NCBI GenBank assembly: GCA_003389215.1 | Contig: QQVP01000134.1 | Coordinates: 9,850-73,849, forward strand | DNA from: Planctomycetota bacterium | GTDB taxonomy: Bacteria; Planctomycetota; Planctomycetia; Pirellulales; UBA7805 | Reading direction: 5' to 3' | DNA length: 64,000 nucleotides | Part shown: in pieces, positions 40,190 through 49,883 of the stretch | How the letters are laid out: each line of letters begins with the position of its first letter | Numbering within the stretch: position 1 is the stretch's first letter | The notes under the pieces: model-generated | Database searches by the model: none | What the model was told of the DNA's origin: nothing | What the model saw: only the letters and a program-made list of their open reading frames with translations | Translations under genes and position numbers: made by a program

Positions 40190-41452
40190 CTAAAACTTCT
40201 TCGCCCAGCTGGCGGCCAGCGACCAGTCCGTCTCCAGCTGTACTCCGCGGAGGTTCTGATAAACCCGGTGGGCGGCCTCGACGCTCAGTCGCCCCAGCTT
40301 CGGGTTGCGATACATCACGCCGTAGCCGAAGTTGACGAACTCGCCGCCCCGCATATCCGGATCGTTGGTGCTGATGGTCGCGGAATTCAGATTCGGATCG
40401 GCCCCGACGAAGTTGCTGCGAAACAGCCCTTCGACGCGAAACGAAACCGCCCAGCGCTTCTCGCAGTCGAGCACTCGGGCAATCCAGGCGTTGGCCCGAT
40501 ACTCGTTGCCCATGCGATAGTTCTCCGTGTTGCGATCCAGCGGCAAGTCGAACTGGGCCTGCAGGCCCATGCTCCAATATTCCCAGAATCGCTTGTAGGT
40601 CACGCCCGGCCGGAAGTCGAAGGTGCCGCTACCCAACCGCATCGGGTAAGGGAACTCCTGGGCGACGAGGCCCGTCGGCACGGTCGTGGTGCGGTCGATG
40701 TCGCCCGTCGGCACGCTGAAGCCCAGGTTGACGATCCACTCGTCGTATTCCGTCTCGTAGATCTTCCACAGCCCGCCGAACACCAGGTCGCCAAAGCCCG
40801 AGTTGTGCGTGGTGAAGGGCGTGCCGGCCAGCGGCGGATTCGGTCCGAACGGTGTGGCGCGAAGGTGGTCCATCGTGTTCGACCACCACATCGGCATGAC
40901 GTAGAGCGTGACCTCGTCGGTCATGCCGTACATGATGTGGAGCATGTGCATCTCCATCGTCATGTTGGTCGGCGTGGCGGCGTTGTTCGTACCCAAGGCC
41001 TGGCCGACGGTAAACGCCTCGGGCACGGTCAGCGAGTCGGTTCCGCTGCGATTGCCGTCCATATACATGTTCATGTACAGGTACTCCACCATCCACTCGC
41101 AGCGCTTGTGGACGTGGTCGCCAAAGATGTGGGCCGGACCGCGTGCATCGGCGCGGTTGTGCTTCAGCCCGTGACCGCCGTGGCTGCCACATCCACCGCC
41201 GACGTCGCCGCACGGGTCGCAGGGTCCGCACGGACCGCAATCGGCACAGGGATCGCAGCATCGTTTGCAACCGAGGCCGAATTCGTCAAAGGCGACCAGG
41301 TCGGTCGCAGCGCCGTCCGCCGGGAACGGACCCTCGGAGCGTACAGCGGAGACGACGTCGCCAACCGTTTGCGCGGCGGCCGTCGTTGCGGCGAGACAGC
41401 AAGCAGCGAGCAGAAGAAGGCGACTCGTGGCAGTCCATTGCCGTTGGCTCAT
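40190..41452 (-). CDS. outer-membrane beta-barrel-like protein (MetA-pathway/transporter-like family) with Cys/Pro-rich N-terminal motif
   Basis: Signal MSQRQWTATSRLLLLAACCLAATTAAA; CKRCCDPCADCGPCGPCDPCGDVGGGCGSHGGHG cluster; alternating beta-strand-like C-terminal region ending in aromatic KKF. Confidence 0.5.
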   Translation of the reverse strand: MSQRQWTATSRLLLLAACCLAATTAAAQTVGDVVSAVRSEGPFPADGAATDLVAFDEFGLGCKRCCDPCADCGPCGPCDPCGDVGGGCGSHGGHGLKHNRADARGPAHIFGDHVHKRCEWMVEYLYMNMYMDGNRSGTDSLTVPEAFTVGQALGTNNAATPTNMTMEMHMLHIMYGMTDEVTLYVMPMWWSNTMDHLRATPFGPNPPLAGTPFTTHNSGFGDLVFGGLWKIYETEYDEWIVNLGFSVPTGDIDRTTTVPTGLVAQEFPYPMRLGSGTFDFRPGVTYKRFWEYWSMGLQAQFDLPLDRNTENYRMGNEYRANAWIARVLDCEKRWAVSFRVEGLFRSNFVGADPNLNSATISTNDPDMRGGEFVNFGYGVMYRNPKLGRLSVEAAHRVYQNLRGVQLETDWSLAASWAKKF

Positions 41453-41641
41453 AACGAACTCTCGCTGGGAAAGACGGGGCGATTGAGAAGACGCAGCCCC
41501 CAGGCGCAGAACGACCAGAGGGGTATCTCTTATATCGCCAGCTGACGGCTGTGACGCGACGGCAATGCTCGCGGCCGGCAAGGTCTCTCTAGGCTGACGC
41601 ATGCCAGCTGCTGGCATCCGCCCCGCCGAGCCGCCACACGA

Positions 41642-43282
41642 CTACCACCGGTCGGTCCGAAACGGGCTGGCAGGCAGACCCGCGCGGTTGTAGAGATTCG
41701 CCCCCTCGGGGTTCGCCGAATGGGCATAGCGGACGGCCAGCGGGCGGTCGACCTGCGGACTGCTCACCACGACGGTGTCGCCGTCGATCTTGGCATCGGC
41801 CCACACCCAACGACGTTCGGCGCCCGCGATGGCAAAGCGAGCCAGCTGGCCTTGCGGCACCTCAACCGTCGGTTCGTAGCCCGACTTCTTGCCGACCATC
41901 AAGCCTTCGCCGACGTGGTCGAAGTGGATGCGGATCGAGTCGCCGTCGATCTCGTGGCTGCGATAGAGCGGGCCGCTGGGAACGATCGCCCGACCATAGT
42001 CGCGGGCCAGCGCCCACTGGGCCAGGCGATGGCCGACGTCCTGCTTGTTCTTGGGATGAATGTCGTCCGCCTCGCCGATGTCGATAATCACCGCCATGCC
42101 CGAGTTCGGCAGATCGAGCGCCCGTCGCTGGGCGTCGCGGGTGCGGGCGTAGCCGTCGTCACCGGCGGGCTCTTTGGTGTCTTTGGTGAAGTTGGCCAGC
42201 TGCACCCAGTAGAAGGGAAAGTCGCCCTGGCCCCAGGCCTCGCGCCAACCCTGCACCAGGGCGTGCTTCTTTTCGTAGTACGTGGCGTCCTCGGTACCGT
42301 TCGACTCGCCCTGATACCAGATCGCCCCGCGAATGGCATACGGCACCAGCGGATGAACCATGCCGCGATAGAGCCGGGCGGGATCCTGGTTCGAGCTGCC
42401 CAGGTTCGGCCGGGCAGGGTAGGGCGGGGGATAACGCCCCGCCGCCACCGCGGTTTGGGCGTCTTCCGTCCAGCGACGCATCTCCGCAATCAAACGACCG
42501 TAGGCCTGCTTGCCCAACTGCGTGGAGGGATCGGCCGTCTCGATGCGGCGAACGATATCGGGGGCGAACGCGGCGTGACCGATCGAGCGGAAACCGCCCA
42601 CGGTGATCCAGGGCTCGATCCGTGTGCCGCCCCACGAGGTGTTGATCAGCCCGATCGGCACGTTCAGGTCGAGGTGCAACCGCCGGGCAAAGTAGTAGCC
42701 GACCGCCGTATAGTTGCTCACCGTGTCGGGCGAACAGACGGTCCACGCCGCCCCAAAATTCTCCTGCGGCACGTCGGCCGGACGACGTGGAACCTTGATG
42801 TGGCGGATCAACGGATAGTTGGCCGCGCGACGCTCTTCCTCGGGCTTGCCCGAGATGCGGACCGTCCACTCCATATTCGATTGCCCGCTGCAGACCCATA
42901 CCTCGCCGACCAGGACATTGCTAATGGTCAGGGTGTTGTTGCCGTTGACGGTCAAAACCCGCGACTGATCGCTGGCCGGCATGGCCTCCAGATCGACCCG
43001 CCAACGGCCGTCGTCGCCGGCGGTCGTCTTCACGTTTTGATCGGCGAAGGTCACGGTGATCGCCTCGCCCGGTTCGGCCCAACCCCACACCGGCACCGCC
43101 TGTTCGCGCTGTAGCACCAGGTTGTCGGTAAAGATGCTCGGCAGCCGCACGTCGGCCGAAGCCGCCGGCACGAGCCCGCCGAGAAGCAGGGCCAGCAAGC
43201 CTCCGAGAACAAGACCTCGTCCGATACGTGAAGCCGTCGTCATGCGCTGCCGTTCCTTTCGCTGCGTCGTGGATGTCGTCAT
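41642..43282 (-). CDS. sialate O-acetylesterase (SASA / carbohydrate esterase DUF303 family)
   Basis: VWVCSGQSNMEW (GQSNM motif) and overall SASA architecture. Signal peptide present. Confidence 0.8.
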   Translation of the reverse strand: MTTSTTQRKERQRMTTASRIGRGLVLGGLLALLLGGLVPAASADVRLPSIFTDNLVLQREQAVPVWGWAEPGEAITVTFADQNVKTTAGDDGRWRVDLEAMPASDQSRVLTVNGNNTLTISNVLVGEVWVCSGQSNMEWTVRISGKPEEERRAANYPLIRHIKVPRRPADVPQENFGAAWTVCSPDTVSNYTAVGYYFARRLHLDLNVPIGLINTSWGGTRIEPWITVGGFRSIGHAAFAPDIVRRIETADPSTQLGKQAYGRLIAEMRRWTEDAQTAVAAGRYPPPYPARPNLGSSNQDPARLYRGMVHPLVPYAIRGAIWYQGESNGTEDATYYEKKHALVQGWREAWGQGDFPFYWVQLANFTKDTKEPAGDDGYARTRDAQRRALDLPNSGMAVIIDIGEADDIHPKNKQDVGHRLAQWALARDYGRAIVPSGPLYRSHEIDGDSIRIHFDHVGEGLMVGKKSGYEPTVEVPQGQLARFAIAGAERRWVWADAKIDGDTVVVSSPQVDRPLAVRYAHSANPEGANLYNRAGLPASPFRTDRW

Positions 43283-43635
43283 GGTGGGGATATGGTGGGG
43301 ATGTCGTCGTGGTGGGGAGCGGGCAGACTTCCCTCGGCCTCTTCAATCAGCCGGACCGGGCCAGACAGGATGGCCGAGCAGCCCGATCCAGCGACGGGCA
43401 CGAGAGCTTCGGTCCAGCGGAAGCTCCGCAAGCCCTGAGTATAGGCACGCCCCCGGGGCATTCCAAATTGCCGCTCATCTCGGCACACCCCCGCGCGCGA
43501 CGGCCGACCCGCTCGCTTTACAGCGGTCGTCGGGTGGTCGAAAATATGGCTCGACTCTCGGACCATTCTGGCGGTGGCGCGAAGAACGTCGCCCCGCACC
43601 GGGTCCGGCCGCGCGATTCCCCTTGGAGAGATACC

Positions 43636-46011
43636 ATGTCCCGCGTCGACCGCCGCGAATTCCTGAGAACCTCGACCGCTGCGGGTGCCGCAGCCGCCAC
43701 GCTGACCACCTGGCCCTGGTCGGCCCGCGCCGAGGCCGCCGCCCGCGTCGCCCCCTGCAACGCGAGCGCGATTCCCCCCCACCGCGTGCAGATTCTCTAC
43801 GGCATGCACGCCTACGCCGACAAGCTGAGCGTCGAGCCGGGCGAAGAAATCCAGTTCCACTCCAGCAGCAGCGTGCCGTACAAGTTCTCGGTCGCCCGAC
43901 TGGGAAGCGGCATCGACGATCCAGCGACGGATCAGGTCTTCGAGACGGTCGCCGACAATCCGGCCCGGCTGCAGCCGATTCACCCCGGCTCGTACGTTCA
44001 CGTCGAAAAGGGCCTCGCCGCGGACGCGGAGCTCGGCGCGTTCACGGTCGAATGTTGGGTGCGGCCCCACCTGGCTGACGAGCCCGGCGGCCTGATCACG
44101 CAATTCGACATGCCGCATCAATGCGGCTTTGCCCTGTTCTTGAACCCCGGCTACGTGGTCTCGTTCTATCTCGGCGATGGCAGTACCTTCGAGCAACAGC
44201 AGCTCCACCACACGCCGTCCGGTACGCTTAAGAAATCGATGTGGCATCACGTCGTCGGTCGCTGGGATGGCCGCGAAAAGTCGATCTGGGTCGATGGCCG
44301 ACAGGTTGCCGCCTGGCCCTTTGCGGGTCCGCTACGTCCGGGCAAGTCGGCCCTGCGTCTGGGGGCGCGCGGCGACTATGGCGAGGCCTTTCGTTTTCTC
44401 GATGGCGACCTGGCCATGCCGGCAATCTACGGCCGGGCCCTCTCGGAAGAAGAGATCAAACGCCGCCGCGCCGAACAGGGCTTCCAACCGGCCTCGGGCG
44501 AAGAGGTGCTCGCCTGCTGGCCGCTCGACGAGGAGCGTGGCTGCCTGGTGGCCGACGCCAGCGGCAACGACCACGCCGGGCGAATCGTCAACAACGCCAC
44601 CTGGATGATCGGCGGCCCGGCCTTCGATCCGGCCAGTGTCCCCCGCTGGGCCGACTACGATCCGCAGCAGGACAAAACCCGCGGGCATGGCCTGCGGCTG
44701 GCCAGCGACGACCTCTACGATTGCCGCTGGGAGCCGAGCCACAAGGTCCGCATCCCCGACGACGCGCGCAGCGGTTTCTATGTCGGCCGCTACGAATACA
44801 CGCTCAACGGCAGCGAGCGGATGTATCACACGCTGTTCTTCGTGCGGCCGAAACGTGGGGCGAAGAAGCCGCCCGTCTGTCTGCTGGCGGCCACGAACAC
44901 CTATCGGGCGTATACCTATCGCCCCTTTGCCGAGGTGCCACCGACGCTTACCTGGAACGACTACAGCACGTCCAACGCGCCCGGCAACCCGCCTCACTAC
45001 AGCTTCTACAACGGCCACAAGGCGGGCCACGTCTGCTACCGGCTCGGGCTGCGGATGCCTTCGCCGAACAGCAGCCCCTACTCCACCTCGATGTCGCACG
45101 GCACCGAGCACAACTACAGCCACCTCACCAAGGCCGATCGCTTTACCGAACTGTGGTTGGCCGAGAGCGGCTACGACTACGACGTGATTACCGACCTCGA
45201 CCTGCATCAGAACCCCGATATCCTCGACGGCTATCAGGTCTTCATCGTCAACGGCCACAGCGAGTATTGGTCGGTCGAGATGCGCGACCACGTCGACAAG
45301 TATCTCGAGCAGGGCGGCAACGCCATCGTCATGTCGGGCAACACGATGTTCTGGCGGGTCACCTACGATCCGAATTACGAGACCATCGAGTGTCGCAAGA
45401 TCGACGCGCCGGGCAACCCCATCGCGCCGTCGAAGCGGGGCGAGTCGTATCACAGCGACGACTGGCAGCAGGGCGGGCTAATGCGCGACTGCGGCTATCC
45501 GGCCTGGCCGGTCTTGGGTCTGGAATGCCTCGGCTGGGACGGCGAGGTCGAGGCGATGGGGCCCTTCGTGGCGGAGAACGTCGACCACTTCCTCTACAAC
45601 GAGCCGGAGGCGACGGGACTCAAGGAGGGCGAGCGGTTCGGACAGAATCCGGCAGGCGGCTATCCGATGGCCGGCGGCCACGAGTTCGACGTGCGGCCCA
45701 GCGTCATTATGCGGCTGCAACAGGGCCCCAAGCCGGAGCACGCCCCCGACATCGAGCAGCCCGAGGGCATGGACTACCTGGGCTACAGCATCCACGATTG
45801 GGGCACGGCCTACATCATCGATTACTATGCCCGGCAAATCCAGGACAAGGGCACGCTGGGCGGCGAGATGGTGCTCTGGAACCGGCCGCAGGGGGGCAAG
45901 GTGTTTCACGCGGGCGTGATCGCCGGCGGCTGGGTCCTTTCGGTCGACCCGAAGTTTCAGACGATGATGCGGAACGTGATGCATCACTTTGGGGTCGAGC
46001 GAAACGCCTAG
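43636..46011 (+). CDS. Tat-secreted LamG-domain protein resembling the N,N-dimethylformamidase large-subunit family
   Basis: Twin-arginine signal MSRVDRREFLRTSTAAGAAAATL; LamG-like FTVECWVRP...SIWVDGRQVA; C-terminal VFIVNGHSEYWSVEMRDHVDKYLEQGGNAIVMSGNTMFWRV block. Function inferred only. Confidence 0.55.
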   Translation: MSRVDRREFLRTSTAAGAAAATLTTWPWSARAEAAARVAPCNASAIPPHRVQILYGMHAYADKLSVEPGEEIQFHSSSSVPYKFSVARLGSGIDDPATDQVFETVADNPARLQPIHPGSYVHVEKGLAADAELGAFTVECWVRPHLADEPGGLITQFDMPHQCGFALFLNPGYVVSFYLGDGSTFEQQQLHHTPSGTLKKSMWHHVVGRWDGREKSIWVDGRQVAAWPFAGPLRPGKSALRLGARGDYGEAFRFLDGDLAMPAIYGRALSEEEIKRRRAEQGFQPASGEEVLACWPLDEERGCLVADASGNDHAGRIVNNATWMIGGPAFDPASVPRWADYDPQQDKTRGHGLRLASDDLYDCRWEPSHKVRIPDDARSGFYVGRYEYTLNGSERMYHTLFFVRPKRGAKKPPVCLLAATNTYRAYTYRPFAEVPPTLTWNDYSTSNAPGNPPHYSFYNGHKAGHVCYRLGLRMPSPNSSPYSTSMSHGTEHNYSHLTKADRFTELWLAESGYDYDVITDLDLHQNPDILDGYQVFIVNGHSEYWSVEMRDHVDKYLEQGGNAIVMSGNTMFWRVTYDPNYETIECRKIDAPGNPIAPSKRGESYHSDDWQQGGLMRDCGYPAWPVLGLECLGWDGEVEAMGPFVAENVDHFLYNEPEATGLKEGERFGQNPAGGYPMAGGHEFDVRPSVIMRLQQGPKPEHAPDIEQPEGMDYLGYSIHDWGTAYIIDYYARQIQDKGTLGGEMVLWNRPQGGKVFHAGVIAGGWVLSVDPKFQTMMRNVMHHFGVERNA

Positions 46012-46178
46012 CGGGTGGCACGGGCGCGTGCGGATGGCACTTCCGCCAGTGCGAACTGTCTGTCGGGCTTTGCTGGGCACGACAACGGGAGGGCGAGGCT
46101 CCTGCCGAGCCGAATGCTACTGACCCTGCCAGTGCCTGCGGTAGAGTAGCCCGACGCGTGAGCGAGGGACGTGGCGGC

Positions 46179-46254
46179 GTGCCACTTCTGACTGCTTGTC
46201 AGCCAGTGCCAAGGTGGTGCGGCGTGTGCCACTGGCTGCTTGCCAGCCAGTGCC
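46179..46254. repeat. two adjacent REP-like palindromic units (GTGCCACTTCTGACTGCTTGTCAGCCAGTGCC and GTGCCACTGGCTGCTTGCCAGCCAGTGCC)
   Basis: Second unit is a perfect 9-bp-stem hairpin CACTGGCTG(cttgc)CAGCCAGTG. Weaker GGCACT/AGTGCC motifs occur at 46041-46062 and 46127-46137. Confidence 0.55.
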
Positions 46255-46263
46255 TCGACAATG

Positions 46264-46287
46264 CATGGTCACGCTCGCGTGACCATG
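46264..46287. promoter_or_regulatory. 24-bp perfect palindrome CATGGTCACGC tc GCGTGACCATG ~40 bp upstream of the lipoprotein gene
   Basis: 11-bp arms; candidate dimeric-regulator operator or structural element. Confidence 0.3.
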
Positions 46288-46327
46288 GCACCCGCGAGGG
46301 CAAGGCGTAGCGGAGGAGAATCCAATC

Positions 46328-46777
46328 ATGCTGGGGGCAATATCGGCGCGCCGAAACGTTGGCACACTGGGTAGTCACTGCATGCTGATGGCGGCGACCA
46401 TGCTGCCGGCAATCTCCGGCTGCTTCGGCTCACCACCCGCTGCCTTGAAGCCGGTCGCATCGCCCGACGGCACGTGGGTCGTGACCCCGTCGGTCAACCG
46501 CTCGAAGGCCGACCGCACGACCTACCTCTGCATCGCCTTCGAAGTGACGGACGCCGCGGGCAATCCGCTGCACCAGGTCCAGTCGAACGCAAATGACCGA
46601 ATGAAATGGGCGCTCGGCTGGTACGACAACGACACGATCGTGTTGGCCAGTAGCGACGTGGGCACCTCGGCCTGGCAGCTCACGGCGAATGGGTCGATCT
46701 CGCAGCTGCCCGACTCGTTACCGGCGGAGATCACGGCACACGCACAGCGACTCACGGACGCGAAGTATGGACCGTGA
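46328..46777 (+). CDS. hypothetical lipoprotein
   Basis: MLMAATMLPAISGC lipobox, followed by a beta-rich domain. Confidence 0.5.
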   Translation: MLGAISARRNVGTLGSHCMLMAATMLPAISGCFGSPPAALKPVASPDGTWVVTPSVNRSKADRTTYLCIAFEVTDAAGNPLHQVQSNANDRMKWALGWYDNDTIVLASSDVGTSAWQLTANGSISQLPDSLPAEITAHAQRLTDAKYGP

Positions 46778-46880
46778 CGTGACGTAGCAATGCCTTGTCA
46801 CATTCTCGCTTGAAGAACTCAGGGCGGCCGGTACGTTGAAGGGGACGGCCACGCTTGCGCCGTTGTCCGCGGCCACGGGC

Positions 46881-46911
46881 GTGCCACTTCTGGCTGCTAG
46901 TCAGCCAGTGC
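46881..46911. repeat. third copy of the REP-like unit (GTGCCACTTCTGGCTGCTAGTCAGCCAGTGC)
   Basis: Same family as 46179-46254; lies in the next intergenic region. Confidence 0.5.
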
Positions 46912-47151
46912 TAAGCACAGGCATGCCGTCGCACGCGCACCCGCTCTTTGACAATTCATTCCAGAGTTCGCGCCTCGCCCGCGCGCAGAGTCGGCTCCAA
47001 GTTGCCGTCTGAGGCCTGCGTTTGGGCCGTGAGTTTTTTGCCGTCGGGTGCCGAAGCCCTGGCAAATTGCTTAAGTCAAGAGCGTCCCGCACGTTGCGGC
47101 GAGAAGTGGGCGCTTCGCCCTTGCTCGCAAGTAACACCCGGCCAACGACTT

Positions 47152-47202
47152 CGAGTTTTTGTGCGGTCAGCCCGTTTTTCGCGGCTACGCGAAAAAAACT
47201 CG
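47152..47202. terminator. A/T-flanked palindrome (cgagTTTTT...TTTTTCGCGgctaCGCGAAAAAAActcg) after the convergent sulfatase gene
   Basis: Nested inverted repeats (CGCG/CGCG core; TTTTT/AAAAA arms; outer CGAGTTTTT/AAAAACTCG). The U-run is not 3' of the stem in either direction, so intrinsic-terminator function is uncertain. Confidence 0.3.
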
Positions 47203-47212
47203 CACCCGCCGC

Positions 47213-48766
47213 TTACTCGTCGAGCCCCGCTCGGTTCGGCCCGTCGCGATATGCCTCTTGGCCCATCAGCAGGCCGCCCTTGTAGCCGCCGCCGTTCCAC
47301 AGGTCCCACTTCGGATCGGCGTGCTTGTCGAAGAAGGCGAACAGGGCCTTCCGCAGCCGCATCGTCGTGTTGTATTGCTGCGACTTGTCGAACAGGTTGG
47401 TCGCCTCTGCGGGATCCTCCGTCAAGTCGTACAACTCGTTCTTCATGTGGTAGAGCGAGTTCGGCTGCGGACGAATCCGTTCGACGTACTTCCACTCGGG
47501 CGTGCGGATGACGCGGATCGTTTCGAAGTCGTAGAAGACGGTATTGTCCCAGTCGGCGATTTCCTCGCCCCGCAGCAGCGGTGAAAAGTCGCGGCCCGGC
47601 AGCGGCGGCTCGGCAGGGATTCGCTCCTCCAGACCCAGATAGTTGAGCAGCGTGGGATAAAAGTCGTAGTTGGCGACGTGCTCGTCGACCTTCCTGCCGG
47701 CCGGGATGTGTCCGGGGTAGCGGATGATCAGCGGGATTTGCATACACTGGTCGCGGGCCGTGAGCGGTCGGGTGTGGTCGCCCATGCCCCAGAAGCCGCC
47801 GTGCCCGCCCGCGGTTCCCTGATCTGCGGTGAAGACGACGATGGTGTCGTTCTCCAGGCCCAGCTCGGCGAGCTTGGCGAGCACCTCGCCGACACTTTCG
47901 TCGACCATGCTGATCTGCGAGGCCATGTTCCGCATCGACGTCACGTTGTTCACGTGCTGCCGCTGATGCGGGCTGGCCATCCAGGGGTGCATCGGCGCGC
48001 GGGGAAACGACGACATCGGCAAATCGGCATAGAGCTCCGCGAACTTGTTCTTCGGCTCCGGCTGGATTGCCGAACCGAGCGAGTAGGGGCCGTTGTAGCT
48101 CAAGAAGAGAAAGAACGGCTTGGCCTGTTGCTGGCTCTCGTCGAGAAACCGCTTGGCGTGTTCGGTCCAGAAGGGCGTGATGTGTTCCGGGTGGCGGCGC
48201 ACCTTGCCGTCTTCGATGATCTCGTCATTGTAGAAACTGGCGGTGTGCCCGCGGGTCTTGGTGACCCAGTACTTGAATCCTTCCTGCGGGGTCATGTGCC
48301 CACCGAGGTGCCACTTGCCCACCAGGCCACAGTGATAGCCGGCGTCGGCCAAGACCTCGGGCAGCGACTTGAATTCTTCGAGCGTGCTGTAGGCCTTCGG
48401 GCCCATCATCACGTCAAGCGTGAGAAATCGATGAACCCCATGTTGCGACGGCATCAGGCCGCTGAGCCACGAGGCCCGCGTCGGCGAACAGACGGCGTTG
48501 TTGCTCCAGGCATGTTCGAAGAGCATTCCGCCCGCGGCAAGCCGGTCGATGTGCGGCGTTTGAATTTCGGGATTGCCGTAGCAGCCGAGCGTCCACTGCC
48601 CGTGGTTGTCAGTCATCATCAGGATGACATTGGGCAACTTCGGGTCGGACTTGGCGTCGGCGCGATCGTCGTCGGCAAGGAGCGGTCGAGCAAACGACGT
48701 AACAACCGAGAGGACGAGAGCGTGCGAAAGGAGCCGACCGATGCCGAGCGAGGATAGGCGTTTCAT
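47213..48766 (-). CDS. sulfatase (arylsulfatase family)
   Basis: Signal peptide; CSPTRASWLSG formylglycine motif; conserved sulfatase core. Confidence 0.9.
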   Translation of the reverse strand: MKRLSSLGIGRLLSHALVLSVVTSFARPLLADDDRADAKSDPKLPNVILMMTDNHGQWTLGCYGNPEIQTPHIDRLAAGGMLFEHAWSNNAVCSPTRASWLSGLMPSQHGVHRFLTLDVMMGPKAYSTLEEFKSLPEVLADAGYHCGLVGKWHLGGHMTPQEGFKYWVTKTRGHTASFYNDEIIEDGKVRRHPEHITPFWTEHAKRFLDESQQQAKPFFLFLSYNGPYSLGSAIQPEPKNKFAELYADLPMSSFPRAPMHPWMASPHQRQHVNNVTSMRNMASQISMVDESVGEVLAKLAELGLENDTIVVFTADQGTAGGHGGFWGMGDHTRPLTARDQCMQIPLIIRYPGHIPAGRKVDEHVANYDFYPTLLNYLGLEERIPAEPPLPGRDFSPLLRGEEIADWDNTVFYDFETIRVIRTPEWKYVERIRPQPNSLYHMKNELYDLTEDPAEATNLFDKSQQYNTTMRLRKALFAFFDKHADPKWDLWNGGGYKGGLLMGQEAYRDGPNRAGLDE

Positions 48767-48827
48767 CGCAGGTCGTTCTTCATGGGTGCGAAAGATGGCA
48801 GGCGCACGGCTGGGCGGGAGGCGCGAG

Positions 48828-49670
48828 CTAGTCTTTGGGCATGCCGTTCATGACCGTGCCGCCCTTGTAGCCCTTGAAATCGAGGTAAATCTTATAGCCT
48901 TCGGGGTGATTCAATTGCAGGTCGACTTCATCAATGGCCTGATAGACGAGGCGCATCGGTCGGCCCTCCTCGTCGCGTCGATAGATGCGGACGTCGATGC
49001 CCGCTTCGTCAATCCGCATCGTGATCTTGCGCCCGATGCCTTGATGGACGACGACCGTTTGCACCCCGTCCTCGAGGCTGCTCTGAACGATTTGACTGCG
49101 ACCCCCGATCCGCACTGTGCCGCCGGTGATCGTGATGCCGCCCCCACCGCCGAGCTCGACGTTGCGGAGACCGCCAAAGATGACCGCCTGGCCACCAAGC
49201 CCGTCGACTTCGTCGACCACAGGCGGAAACAGGCTCTCGCGGGCACGACCGGCGATGGTCGTGTCGTCGCTCTTGGTCAGCTGCTTCAGGGCGGAGAGGG
49301 CCGCCGAGCGCGTGGCATCGTCCTCCGAATCGCGGAGTTCGGCCAATACGCCGATGATGCGATAGTTGATCTCGGGCTGGTCCGGTTGAAGATGGTTTCG
49401 CAGATGTCCGACGACGGCCGCATTCCCACGAACGAGCTGCTCGCTGGCGGCCTCGCGAACGGCATACTTCTCATCGCCCAGTTGGGTCACCAGCGAAGCA
49501 ACCTCGGCACGCGAGAGGGCGACGACCGACGTCGCCGGAGCGGCTGGCTCCTCGGTGGCCGGTTCCTCGGCCAGGGCGAGCGGACCGGGCACTCCAATGC
49601 CCGCAGCCACGGCGACCAGAGCGTTGATCGTGCAGCGGAAGTAGCCCATGGACCTCGCGAGCGGCGTCAC
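48828..49670 (-). CDS. secreted hypothetical protein with HEAT-like N-terminal region
   Basis: Signal-like MGYFRCTINALVAVAAGIG; helical repeats EKYAVREAASEQLV...ATRSAALSALKQL; Gly-rich beta region. Confidence 0.45.
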   Translation of the reverse strand: MTPLARSMGYFRCTINALVAVAAGIGVPGPLALAEEPATEEPAAPATSVVALSRAEVASLVTQLGDEKYAVREAASEQLVRGNAAVVGHLRNHLQPDQPEINYRIIGVLAELRDSEDDATRSAALSALKQLTKSDDTTIAGRARESLFPPVVDEVDGLGGQAVIFGGLRNVELGGGGGITITGGTVRIGGRSQIVQSSLEDGVQTVVVHQGIGRKITMRIDEAGIDVRIYRRDEEGRPMRLVYQAIDEVDLQLNHPEGYKIYLDFKGYKGGTVMNGMPKD

Positions 49671-49720
49671 GTCGCGCTTGGTAGACCGGAGAAACGTAGA
49701 CCCTCGAACACTTCGATCTT

Positions 49721-49740
49721 AACACCCGCGCGCGGGTGTT
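49721..49740. promoter_or_regulatory. 20-bp perfect palindrome AACACCCGCGCGCGGGTGTT in a divergent promoter region
   Basis: Perfect dyad ~45 bp upstream of the predicted -35 of the plus-strand gene. Confidence 0.4.
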
Positions 49741-49782
49741 GGCCAGCGGTTTGGGCGAAAACGCGGCAATCGCCAGCTGAAT

Positions 49783-49812
49783 TGACATGGTTTCACGAAA
49801 GTGCGGTACAAT
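49783..49812 (+). promoter_or_regulatory. sigma70-like promoter TTGACA -18- TACAAT
   Basis: TTGACA at 49783-49788 and TACAAT at 49807-49812, ~70 nt upstream of the ATG at 49884. Confidence 0.45.
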
Positions 49813-49883
49813 CACGGGCGCGGCTGGATGGTGGCAGGGCAACGATACGCCCTGAATGGGCATTTTGAAGAGGGGAACCAGTC

